Assembly (NCBI GenBank): GCA_965267575.1
Contig: OZ254086.1
Location: forward strand, 2,464,001-2,528,000
Source of the DNA: Calditrichales bacterium
GTDB taxonomy: Bacteria; Calditrichota; Calditrichia; Calditrichales; J004
DNA length: 64,000 nt
Direction of reading: 5' to 3'
Part shown: positions 18,719 through 30,437 of the stretch, in pieces
Position numbering within the stretch: the stretch's first letter is position 1
Layout of the letters: every line of letters starts with the position of its first letter
Translations under genes and position numbers: made by a program
Notes under the pieces: generated by a model
Told to the model about the DNA's origin: nothing
Database searches by the model: none
What the model saw: only the letters and a program-made list of their open reading frames with translations

Positions 18719-20308
18719 ATGAAGAGAGTAACTGATTTAAACCTCGGTTTTAGAGACGCAGAAAACTATCATCGAAGGGAAAACAAGCAGCTATTTGAGT
18801 CTATCTTTATAAAGAGTATTTTTCTTGACCAACTTTTGAAACAGAGTTGTTTTTTCGTGATTGGCGAAAAGGGAACAGGTAAGACCGCCTACGCAGTCTA
18901 TTTGTCAAATAATCACTACGAGAACAATATATCCGAACTGAAATATATCCGGGAAACAGAATACCAAAAATTTGTCAAACTAAAACAAGAAAATCATCTC
19001 CAACTCTCCGATTATACGTCCATTTGGAAGGTTATAATTCTGTTACTATTGGCTAGGTCTGTAAGACCAGATGAACTCGACCATTTACCATTCAGCAAAA
19101 ATGCGAAGATAAGGGCACTTAACAAGGCAATAGATGATTACTATCAGAATGCGTTTTCTCCTGAAATTGTCTATGCTTTAGATTTGATCGAGAATTCAAA
19201 AATTGCAGCTGAATTGATATCAAAACATCTTAAGCTTGGCGGGGAAAGTTATTCTAGCGCTACATTCCATGAATCGAAATTTCAAGTAAACCTGCTTTAT
19301 ATTCAAAAGCAATTTGAGACGGCATTGAGCGATATCAAAATCAAGGACAACCACTTATTGTTTATTGATGGGATCGACATCCGACCAGGATCAATTCCTT
19401 ATCGCGATTACCTTGATTGTGTCAAGGGTTTGGCGAACGCAATTTGGAGTCTAAACAACGATTTTTTCCCAACAATTCGTGATTCAAAGGGACGATTTAG
19501 AGCCATCCTACTATGTCGACCGGACATCTTTAACTCTGTAGGCCTTCAAAATGCAACAAACAAAGTAAGGGATAACTCAGTTTATCTTGATTGGCGAACG
19601 ACATACCCAAGCTACCGAAGCTCGCATTTGTTCCAACTTTCAGACAGATTACTTGCCTCGCAGCAAACGCATTCTCCGGATCTTGGTAAAGCTTGGGATT
19701 ATTATTTTCCGTGGCGCATCCCATCCGTTCACAGGGATCGAAAGTTCGACGATTCATTCGTTGCAATTCTACGAATGTCCTATTCAAGGCCACGTGATGT
19801 AGTATCTATCCTCCAGGTCCTTCAGGAAGAGTTCTCTCAGAAAGCTAAAAATACAGACGCAGTTTTTTCAGAACGTGATATTAAAAGCAATGATTTCAAA
19901 AATAAATATTCTCAGTACTTGATGGGTGGTGTTCGGGATCAATTAGCATTCTATTACAATGACAAAGACTACGAGATGTTTTTGAAGTTCTTTACTTTCC
20001 TAAACGGCAAGTCAGAATTCACCTATGAGAGTTATATGACTGCTTATGAAAAGTTTACTGAATATGTTTTGACCCATCACGATGATATTCCTGAATTCGT
20101 CGAGACTCCAGACCAGTTTATTCAATTTCTTTATGACACTAACATAATTTGCTATATAGAGGATACCGATTTTGAACGGTTATTTCGATGGTGTTACCGC
20201 GAGCGCAATCCATCAAACATTTCGCCCAAGGTAAAGCTTGACACAAGGTATCGTATTCACTATGGTTTGCAGAAAGCTTTAAATGTTGGATCTCAATTGG
20301 TCCGCTAA
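18719..20308 (+). CDS. FunZ/Sll1717-family P-loop ATPase
   Basis: LGF.DAENY N-terminus, IGEKGTGKT Walker A, LFIDGID Walker B, RPDIF, SY.RPRD and Y.IHYGL; AT-rich. Confidence 0.8.
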   Translation: MKRVTDLNLGFRDAENYHRRENKQLFESIFIKSIFLDQLLKQSCFFVIGEKGTGKTAYAVYLSNNHYENNISELKYIRETEYQKFVKLKQENHLQLSDYTSIWKVIILLLLARSVRPDELDHLPFSKNAKIRALNKAIDDYYQNAFSPEIVYALDLIENSKIAAELISKHLKLGGESYSSATFHESKFQVNLLYIQKQFETALSDIKIKDNHLLFIDGIDIRPGSIPYRDYLDCVKGLANAIWSLNNDFFPTIRDSKGRFRAILLCRPDIFNSVGLQNATNKVRDNSVYLDWRTTYPSYRSSHLFQLSDRLLASQQTHSPDLGKAWDYYFPWRIPSVHRDRKFDDSFVAILRMSYSRPRDVVSILQVLQEEFSQKAKNTDAVFSERDIKSNDFKNKYSQYLMGGVRDQLAFYYNDKDYEMFLKFFTFLNGKSEFTYESYMTAYEKFTEYVLTHHDDIPEFVETPDQFIQFLYDTNIICYIEDTDFERLFRWCYRERNPSNISPKVKLDTRYRIHYGLQKALNVGSQLVR

Positions 20309-20359
20309 CCATAATCGGGTTTTACAATAAGCAAATGTGTTTTAATTGTATTTCAAAAA

Positions 20360-20480
20360 GCCAAACAAGCAAATTCAGCCGATTCACTTCTCGTACAGGA
20401 TTTATAGTTTGCGGAAGTTGTAGTGATTCCTGGGTATCTTTAATGTGTGAATGAATCGCGTCTGGTTTTCGGTGTCCACC
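20360..20480 (+). mobile_element. Degenerate attC site
   Basis: R'' GCCAAAC, 5 nt, L'' AATTCAGC-CGATTCA ... TGAATCG..L' TCTGGTT, 6 nt, R' GTCCACC. Canonical spacing is kept but the boxes are mutated; ATTAGGC at 18650 could be the matching cassette start. Confidence 0.5.
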
Positions 20481-20602
20481 GGATCAAGTTTTACATAAAT
20501 TTAGCCACTTCTCTTTTTCCTAAATATTTACATTTTTGCCACAAATGCCATAGATTAAAAGACGTTTGTGACGACGCAAAAACACAAATCTAAAACCACT
20601 AA

Positions 20603-23275
<2,673 letters not shown>

Positions 23276-23812
23276 TTCCGGATATATAATCAAATGTAAA
23301 GAGCTTCGTTTAATTATATAAAAGTTTTACCGTGTAATGTTTGTTCTTTTATCGGGGAGTGATTATACTAAACCCATTCTGCTTGATTCTTCGTTTGTCT
23401 CAATCTGCGGTTTGTTTTTAAGATTGTCGAAATTTTAGCTGATTAAAAAAACTGACTATTTTATTTGCCCAATGGTCCTGGCATTGATATTACTTATTTA
23501 GCCAACGTATTTAGATCCATAGATCCTGGTTGCTGATCTGATGGGGTCTTATTTAACAGACGTTATCTTTATATAGGCAAATAAGCCGTTTGAAATAAGA
23601 AATCTGTGATCAGGAGAGCATATGGATTCTTCTTATTCTTTTGCAAAAAGAGAGTTAATTCGTTGTAGTCGCACATACACAGATTGTGTAAGTCCCCGGT
23701 CCCCTCAGGATTTTTATTTAAAAGTATGTTTTAAATACATGTTTGACTGCTTCTGACAGGTCATGCTTTTTCTATTACGTTTTTAAAGTCAAGAAAAAGG
23801 AAGGATTAAATT

Positions 23813-25411
23813 ATGAAGCATACTTTAAAGGTAATAATATTTCTTATAGGTGTTTGTTCTGTACACGGCCAAACACCTCAATGGCTATGGGCACAAGAGG
23901 GTGGTGGAGACGACATTGTTGTGGATGGCTTGGGCAACATTCTTGTGGCGGTGGATGATGGCACTTCCGGGGACGATTTAATTTCTAAATATGATGAGAA
24001 TGGAAATTTGATTTGGACTGAGCAGGCAGATGGCGTTGCTAGGCGCATCGCTGTGGATGCCTCCGGCAATTATTTGGTAACCGGAACTTTTGAAGGTATT
24101 GCGTTCTTCGGAGATACAAATCTGGTGACCGCCGGTGGAGAGGATATCTTTCTTGCAAAATATGATGGAGCCGGCAATTTGCTTTGGGTAGAACAAGCGG
24201 GCGGACAGTGGGACGATGTAGGACGTGGTGTCACTGTAGATGCTTCCGGCGGCGATATCCTATTGACTGGAGATTTTTGGTATACTAGTACTTTTGGTGA
24301 CACTGCCCTAACCAGCGAGGGCGATAATGATTTTTTCCTTGCAAAATATGATGGAAATGGCAACTTGCGTTGGATCAAACAAACAGGTGGATCTGAATTA
24401 GATAGAGGTTTAAGTATTGCTGTTGACGAGTCAGGAAACAGCCTGGTGGCCGGAGATACCTTCGGTGGAGCAACCTTTGGTGATACAACGTTAACCGATC
24501 CCGCTATCTTTATCGCCAAATATGACATGAATGGGAAATTAGTTTGGGTTGAAACAGGGGAGTATATTAGATATATCGAAGATATTGCAGTTGACGGATT
24601 CGGTAATTGTTTTATTACCGGATCATTTACTGGCACTGCAACCTTTGGCGATACGACCTTGACAAGTATAGACGGAACTCCTGACGTCTTTGTTACTAAG
24701 TATGATGGAAATGGCAACTGGATATGGACTAGGCAAGCTGGTGGGGCATCAGGTAATCATGTTTATAGTGACGCTGGACAAAGCATCGCGGTAGACAATT
24801 CAGGCAATAGCCTGATAACAGGATATTTTTCTGAGACGGCAATATTTGGAGATACAATTCTTACAAGTGCCGGAGGATATGATGTTTTTGTTTCAAAATA
24901 TGATGCTGATGGTAATATGATTTGGACCGAACAAGTTGGTGGTGAAGGCGGTTCCTTTACTTCTGAATCGGGCCGCGGCATAGCTGTCGATGCTTCGGGC
25001 AACGCTCTGGTAAGCGGAAGGTTCTTCGGTCCAGCAGCCTTTGGTGATACCACCATTGGTAGCTACCAAAGTCGATTTATCGCTAAAATCGGAGATGTTA
25101 CTACAGGAATTGAAACTACTTTAGCTTCACCAAATAATTTTCGTGTACACCAAAATTACCCCAACCCATTTAACCCGGCGACCACAATCAAATACCAGCT
25201 ACCCAAGTCTGCACAGGTGGAGCTTACCGTTTATAATCTACTCGGACAAAAGGTGATAACGCTGGTTAGTGCATTTCAAACCGCAGGGGAAAAATCTGTG
25301 GTTTGGGATGGCACAAATGCCGCCGAGCAGCCGGTGGGCACCGGTATTTATTTTTATAGTCTGCAGACTGGGGATTTTACGGATACACGAAAGATGTTGC
25401 TGGTGCGGTAG
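23813..25411 (+). CDS. Secreted SBBP beta-propeller-repeat protein with T9SS/FlgD-type C-terminal domain
   Basis: Signal peptide; repeated IAVD.SGN..VTG.F...A.FGDT.LTS.G..D.F..KYD..GN..W; tail HQNYPNPFNP...RKMLLVR. Confidence 0.88.
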   Translation: MKHTLKVIIFLIGVCSVHGQTPQWLWAQEGGGDDIVVDGLGNILVAVDDGTSGDDLISKYDENGNLIWTEQADGVARRIAVDASGNYLVTGTFEGIAFFGDTNLVTAGGEDIFLAKYDGAGNLLWVEQAGGQWDDVGRGVTVDASGGDILLTGDFWYTSTFGDTALTSEGDNDFFLAKYDGNGNLRWIKQTGGSELDRGLSIAVDESGNSLVAGDTFGGATFGDTTLTDPAIFIAKYDMNGKLVWVETGEYIRYIEDIAVDGFGNCFITGSFTGTATFGDTTLTSIDGTPDVFVTKYDGNGNWIWTRQAGGASGNHVYSDAGQSIAVDNSGNSLITGYFSETAIFGDTILTSAGGYDVFVSKYDADGNMIWTEQVGGEGGSFTSESGRGIAVDASGNALVSGRFFGPAAFGDTTIGSYQSRFIAKIGDVTTGIETTLASPNNFRVHQNYPNPFNPATTIKYQLPKSAQVELTVYNLLGQKVITLVSAFQTAGEKSVVWDGTNAAEQPVGTGIYFYSLQTGDFTDTRKMLLVR

Positions 25412-25424
25412 AAGTTTTTTGTTT

Positions 25425-25955
25425 GTCACGGAATTTCTTCTCCGCCTGGAACAAGGTGATGAACCTGGACCGCTTAGATCTGCAATAGGGATTGAATGAT
25501 TGAAATTAAAGGCTCCGTGGGTGTTTGGCCCGCGGGGCCTTTTTTGTTTTGGGGTATTTTATGTGGCGTACCGATGGCACGTAGGTTTTTTGTAGATGCC
25601 GTTTTCTACCTATGTTTTGTCCCTGCGGGACATATCTGAAGTATGGATTGATTCAAGTAATTGTTGATTTATGCGTAATATTCGATCGTATGTTTTTGAA
25701 GAATCCGCATTTCATTGGTAGGCAGCATTATTCACCGTCCGTCCCGTAAGGGACATGATATGGGTAGAATGGGTATACGAAATACAGGGGTCTGGGCCGC
25801 TAGGTACAGTATGTAATACGACGCGATTGAAATACATAAATGTGAATCGATGCATAAATCGGACACGAAATTTTCTCCCCATTAAATGATCTTATGGTGT
25901 ACCGACGGTATGCTCGGTTTTTTGTAGATGCTGTTGTCTACCCATGTTTTGTCCC
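25425..25955 (+). repeat. Long direct repeat copy 2, starting with a decayed katG 3' fragment
   Basis: GTCACGGA...CCGCCTGGAACAAGGTGATGAACCTGGACCGCTT.GATCTGCAAT ([10 protein letters not shown]), 13 nt after the SBBP gene stop. Confidence 0.92.
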
Positions 25956-26533
25956 GAGGGGACAAAACGAATAAACCGGTAAAATATCTGTCCAAAGATT
26001 TAATCGTTTATTTTGACGAATCGAGTCTGTCCCGAAGGGACGCAATATGGGTAGACTAGGAGGTTTTCGTAATCTCATTCTGTGCCGTCAGGTACAGCGC
26101 AAAAGCGGACCCAATAAATATGTGTGGAGAATTTGAAGTGTACCGATGGCACACCCGGATACATGTTTGCGTGGCCGGTTACCTATGTATTGTCCCTTCG
26201 GGACACACCTGTATTTCAATAGTAATGATCTTTCCCGTCCCGAAGGGACATAATATGGGTAGCGCATGGCGTGATTGATTAAACCCGGTTTGTACCTTCA
26301 GGTACAGTACAAAAACGGACCCAATAAATCTTTGTGGTCAATTTTAAAGCGTACCGATGGTACGCCCGCATCTATATTTACTTGATGTGCCTACCTATGT
26401 GTTGTTCCTTCGGGACACTACTTTATGTTTGAGGTTTGATTGTTGTGATGCCAATATTTCTATCCCGTCCCGAAGGGACATAATATGGGTAGACAAGGAG
26501 GTTAATTTAACCCGACCTGTACCGTCAGGTACA
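25565..26533. repeat. Eight alternating forward/reverse REP-like units upstream of tnpA
   Basis: F 25565-25632, R 25741-25808, F 25896-25964, R 26029-26096, F 26138-26205, R 26237-26306, F 26349-26417, R 26467-26533. Confidence 0.9.
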
Positions 26534-26639
26534 ACATTAAAGCCAGATGCAATGAAATTCGTCTAAATTATTCCTATATTTTCTCCATAAGACTCCCACG
26601 TAAAAAAAACAAAATTTTATCACAAACCTAAAATACACC

Positions 26640-27101
26640 ATGGCAAACACCTATACCCAAATTCATATTCACACCGTCTTCGCTGTTCAAAATCGTCAAA
26701 GCCTGATCGCTGATACATGGGAAACTGACCTCTATAAATACATCAATGGCATCGTTAAAAATAATGGTCATAAACTGCTTCAGATTAACGGCATGCCGGA
26801 CCATGTGCATCTCCTGGTGGGCTTGCGACCGATCCAGGCATTGTCGGAGTTAATGAAATACGTAAAGCAGGATTCGTCCAAGTGGATCAACCAAAACCGT
26901 TTTGCTAAGGGGCGCTTTTCGTGGCAGGCCGGTTACGGAGCGTTTTCGCTGTCACGTTCTCAAGTGCCACAGGTGATAAGCTACATCAGGAACCAAAAAG
27001 AACACCACCGCAAGAAAAGCTTTAGAGAAGAATACGTAGAGTTTTTGGAGCGAAGCGGGATTGAATATGATACGCAATATATTTTTAAGCCGATTGAATA
27101 A
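26640..27101 (+). CDS. tnpA: IS200/IS605-superfamily HUH (Y1) transposase, REP-associated (RAYT-like); no tnpB
   Basis: HTVF, DHVHLL (HUH), FSWQ.GYGAFS and catalytic-Tyr helix SYIRNQKEHH; flanked by the repeats on both sides. Confidence 0.92.
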   Translation: MANTYTQIHIHTVFAVQNRQSLIADTWETDLYKYINGIVKNNGHKLLQINGMPDHVHLLVGLRPIQALSELMKYVKQDSSKWINQNRFAKGRFSWQAGYGAFSLSRSQVPQVISYIRNQKEHHRKKSFREEYVEFLERSGIEYDTQYIFKPIE

Positions 27102-27107
27102 TCGGGT

Positions 27108-27482
27108 GGCGTACCCTAGGCACGCCCGCTTCAGCATCTACATTTTGGCTACCCATGTGCCGTCCCTTCGGGACATGTACCTGTGGTAATTGTCAGATTG
27201 GTTCCGTCTCGAAGGGACTTAATGTGGGTAAAATGGCGTGATTGATCAGACCCCGGTTTGTGCCGTCAGGTACAGTATAATAACGGATGCCCATGTATCT
27301 GTTGCGCGGAATTTTGTAGCGTACCGATGGCACGCTTGATACATATTTTATTGGCCGGTCTACCTATGTTTTGTCCCTTCGGGACATGCATGCGATACTT
27401 GTATTGCTTGGTTCTGTCCCGAAGGGACATAATGTGGGTAGAATGGAATAAGCAATATCTTCCGGTCTGTGCCGTCAGGTAC
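27108..27482. repeat. Four alternating REP-like units downstream of tnpA
   Basis: F 27108-27175, R 27206-27274, F 27319-27386, R 27416-27482. Confidence 0.9.
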
Positions 27483-27612
27483 GGAATAGAAAAAGGAAAC
27501 CCGCCCAGTTTATCAATATATTTTTTCCAGATGACGCTGGGCAAAACATTAAAAACGTTTTATGGTGATCGAAATATTTTTAAATCCTTTTTGAATGATC
27601 TGACGGTGAACT

Positions 27613-28476
27613 ATGGATGCACTAGATAAAGCAAAACTGAGCCTCCGTGGTCTGGCTACGGGTGACGCATTTGGAGAGCGTCTTGCCGGACTGGCCATGG
27701 AGTCTTTTGTGAAAACGCGCAAGCTGCCGGAGGGAATCTGGCGTTGGACAGACGACACGGCCATGGCCATCTCAGTTGTCGAAAATCTGCGCGACTTTGG
27801 ATCGATCAACCAGGATGAGCTGGCGCAATCCTTTGCAAAACGCTACCGCACCGATCGTTACCGTGGCTACGGTGCCGGCGTGCATCTTCTGCTTACACAA
27901 CTCAGTGAAGGTGCCGATTGGCGTGCTGCCGCGCCCGCCCTGTTTGATGGCGGCTCCTATGGCAACGGCGCCTCCATGCGTATTGCCCCGTTGGGCGGCT
28001 ACTATTCCGGCAATCCGGAGAAGGCAGCACAAGAAGCGGCGAAATCGGCGGTTATAACCCATGCCCACCAGGAGGCGCAGGCCGGCGCGATGGCTATTGC
28101 TGTGGCTGCAGCCCTGGCCGCGACGCAACAAAAAATGGGCCGTAACCCCTTTATTGAGGCCGTTTTGGATTTTGTGCCGGAAAGTGAAGTGGCTTCTAAA
28201 ATGTATCTTTCACGGGTTATAGAAAAAGATAAAACCGCGTTGGCCGTCCAGGCGTTGGGCAACGGTTCGCGGATTTCGGCACAGGACACGGTGCCGTTTT
28301 GCGTCTGGTGTGCCGCCAATAACCTCGTTGATTATGAAGCTGCTCTCTGGCAAACGGTTTCCGGTGGAGGCGATCAGGATACCACTTGCGCCATGGTTGG
28401 CGGTATTGTTGCTTTGTCCTGCGGCTCTATCCCGCAAAACCTGGCAAAACAGACCGAAGAATTGCCGGAGATATAA
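27613..28476 (+). CDS. ADP-ribosylglycohydrolase (DraG/ARH family)
   Basis: GDAFG, WTDDT, GNGASMR, ITH and GGDQDT motifs. Confidence 0.92.
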   Translation: MDALDKAKLSLRGLATGDAFGERLAGLAMESFVKTRKLPEGIWRWTDDTAMAISVVENLRDFGSINQDELAQSFAKRYRTDRYRGYGAGVHLLLTQLSEGADWRAAAPALFDGGSYGNGASMRIAPLGGYYSGNPEKAAQEAAKSAVITHAHQEAQAGAMAIAVAAALAATQQKMGRNPFIEAVLDFVPESEVASKMYLSRVIEKDKTALAVQALGNGSRISAQDTVPFCVWCAANNLVDYEAALWQTVSGGGDQDTTCAMVGGIVALSCGSIPQNLAKQTEELPEI

Positions 28477-28491
28477 CGCACGGAGACATTT

Positions 28492-28965
28492 ATGAAACTG
28501 GATTACCTCGCCAACCATACCGGCGCCATTGCAACAATCGCCAAATGGTACGTGGACGAATGGGGCCACCTGCCCGGGGTTAGCAGTATGGCTCAGGCTG
28601 AAGATAACCTGCGGGCTTACCTGAATACGGATAAAATCCCCTTAATGATCATCGCAAAAGAGGGTGATGAAATATTGGGGGCGGCGCAACTCAAGTACAG
28701 GGAAATGGATATTTACCCGGAAAAAGAACATTGGCTTGGTGGTGTTTACGTGGCCAAAGAACACCGCGGCAAAGGTATCGCTGAGAAGATTATCCTGGAA
28801 ATCATCAGGCAGGCGCAACGGCTGGGCGTGCACACGCTGCATCTTCAAACCGAAAACCTCACTGGCGGCCTTTACCGGCGCATGGGTTGGAGGCCCGTCG
28901 AACAGGTTCATTTTGATGGCAGGGACGTGCTGGTGATGGAAAAGTCCATAGCCCCATCATTATGA
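28492..28965 (+). CDS. GNAT acetyltransferase
   Basis: WLGGVYVAKEHRGKGIA and LY.RMGW motifs. Confidence 0.88.
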   Translation: MKLDYLANHTGAIATIAKWYVDEWGHLPGVSSMAQAEDNLRAYLNTDKIPLMIIAKEGDEILGAAQLKYREMDIYPEKEHWLGGVYVAKEHRGKGIAEKIILEIIRQAQRLGVHTLHLQTENLTGGLYRRMGWRPVEQVHFDGRDVLVMEKSIAPSL

Positions 28966-29054
28966 TATGCTGGTTAGCCATCACGGTTTCATTTGAAACA
29001 ATCATGCCAATGTTCTATAATCCAAAAGCCCGACCAAAAAAATAAAAGGAAATT

Positions 29055-29192
29055 ATGAATAGAAGAAATAAAGCTGTCTCTCTCGGAGCCGGCGCAGGAA
29101 TGATCGCCGGATGGCTGGCAGGTAATATTGCGGCCGGCATGGTGCTGGGCGCTTTTGCGGGATTACTGGCGGACTATTTAAAAAACAAGTAG
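29055..29192 (+). CDS. 45-aa glycine-zipper membrane peptide (below the ORF-track cutoff)
   Basis: AAGGA RBS; MNRRNKAVSLGAGAGMIAGWLAGNIAAGMVLGAFAGLLADYLKNK. Confidence 0.65.
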   Translation: MNRRNKAVSLGAGAGMIAGWLAGNIAAGMVLGAFAGLLADYLKNK

Positions 29193-29237
29193 AATCCATT
29201 TAACAAAAGCTTATAGTAAACTATCCGGAGGATTAAG

Positions 29238-29837
29238 ATGAGAACACGGTTTCAAGCTGTGATTGTTGCCTTAAGCTTTATCGGTGCGCCGATTTTAATG
29301 TTGATCACGGATACCCTTAATCTGCTTACGCCCGGTCAATATCAATGGTTTGCCTCGGTTACTTTTTGGTTTTCATTTTGTGCCTATGTTGCGGTTATAA
29401 TGGGCATGGTCAAATTGTCCGGCGACACCAACCTGGCGAGCGTTGCCGCCATACTGGCCATCATGGGCACCTTGATCGGCATTACCATAATCGGAACATC
29501 CAGGGTCGGGATGTCGATGCTTATGCAAGGTATTGAAAAAGAAATGATAATGGCAGCCATGTACGAGCCCATCGTTTTCTTTACCAGCCGCGCGCCGGGG
29601 ATTCTTTTTCCTGTGGGCCTTATCCTTTTGACTATAACTATGAAGAAAGCCGGCTCTATAAATACGGTTAATAGCGCTATTTTACTTGTAGGGATAATTC
29701 TCTTCCCGGTGGGCAGGATTCCTCAAATGGTGGGCTTCAATGTTGCCGGGGATATTTTGATGCTTATCGTTTTGGCACAGATTGGGCTTAACATAATTAA
29801 ACGGCGCGTAGAGTTAGATACGGGCAGCGCGTCATGA
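29238..29837 (+). CDS. Hypothetical multi-pass membrane protein
   Basis: GGAGG RBS; about 6 hydrophobic segments. Confidence 0.7.
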   Translation: MRTRFQAVIVALSFIGAPILMLITDTLNLLTPGQYQWFASVTFWFSFCAYVAVIMGMVKLSGDTNLASVAAILAIMGTLIGITIIGTSRVGMSMLMQGIEKEMIMAAMYEPIVFFTSRAPGILFPVGLILLTITMKKAGSINTVNSAILLVGIILFPVGRIPQMVGFNVAGDILMLIVLAQIGLNIIKRRVELDTGSAS

Positions 29838-30382
29838 GTCCTTCCAATACTAAAACAAAAGTCGTCCAGCGTCTTTTTATTGCACAGATTGCACTGGTGA
29901 TGACGTTCACGCTGTTGACATTTCTCGCCTATTCCTGGCCGGAACGTATAGGTTCCTATTTCTTTGCGGCCATCCTGGGCTGTCTCGGCGGCAGCATCAC
30001 CCTGTTGCGGCGTGTTAAAAAAGAAGCCGGCACGCTGGTGGAGGAAATGGCGGCCTCGTGGATTGCCACGCTGATGCCGCTGCTCTATGCCGGGCTGATG
30101 GCCAGCGTGGCCTACCTGCTTTTCATGTCGGGCATTGTTTCCGGGGACGGTGGCAACGGGCTGCTTTCCAGCAACCTGTTTCCAAATTTTACAAACCCAA
30201 ATCCGGACGGTGCCGAATTGCTCTCCTTTAAACATGTGGCACAGATGCGCCCGGCCTCTTTACAGGATTTGGGCAAGCTGATGGTCTGGTGTTTCCTGGC
30301 CGGCTACTCGGAGCGCTTTGTCATCGGTATTTTAAAACAACTGGAGCGCAAGGGTGCGTCGTCGTCAAAACACGTTGATTAA
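29834..30382 (+). CDS. Hypothetical membrane protein with FLAGYSERFV motif
   Basis: ATGA overlap with the upstream gene; G.LGG.I, PL..G..A...Y and W.FLAGYSERFV pattern; 4 TM. Confidence 0.7.
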   Translation: MSPSNTKTKVVQRLFIAQIALVMTFTLLTFLAYSWPERIGSYFFAAILGCLGGSITLLRRVKKEAGTLVEEMAASWIATLMPLLYAGLMASVAYLLFMSGIVSGDGGNGLLSSNLFPNFTNPNPDGAELLSFKHVAQMRPASLQDLGKLMVWCFLAGYSERFVIGILKQLERKGASSSKHVD

Positions 30383-30421
30383 AAAAATAGGACGGATGTT
30401 GGTTATCCGTCCTGCTTTTTT
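30381..30421. terminator. Bidirectional terminator between convergent genes
   Basis: A7, AGGACGGAT-7 nt-ATCCGTCCT, T6. Confidence 0.75.
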
Positions 30422-30437
30422 GTAATAATTTTTATAG

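Noticed and set aside
23290..23800. Decayed gene or ncRNA upstream of the SBBP gene
   Set aside because: A short minus-strand stretch (NPYALLITDF) hints at a receiver domain, but it is too short and stop-ridden to support.
26640..27101. Complete IS605 element with tnpB and omegaRNA
   Set aside because: No RuvC/TnpB ORF on either side; the flanks are multi-copy repeats rather than single left and right ends.
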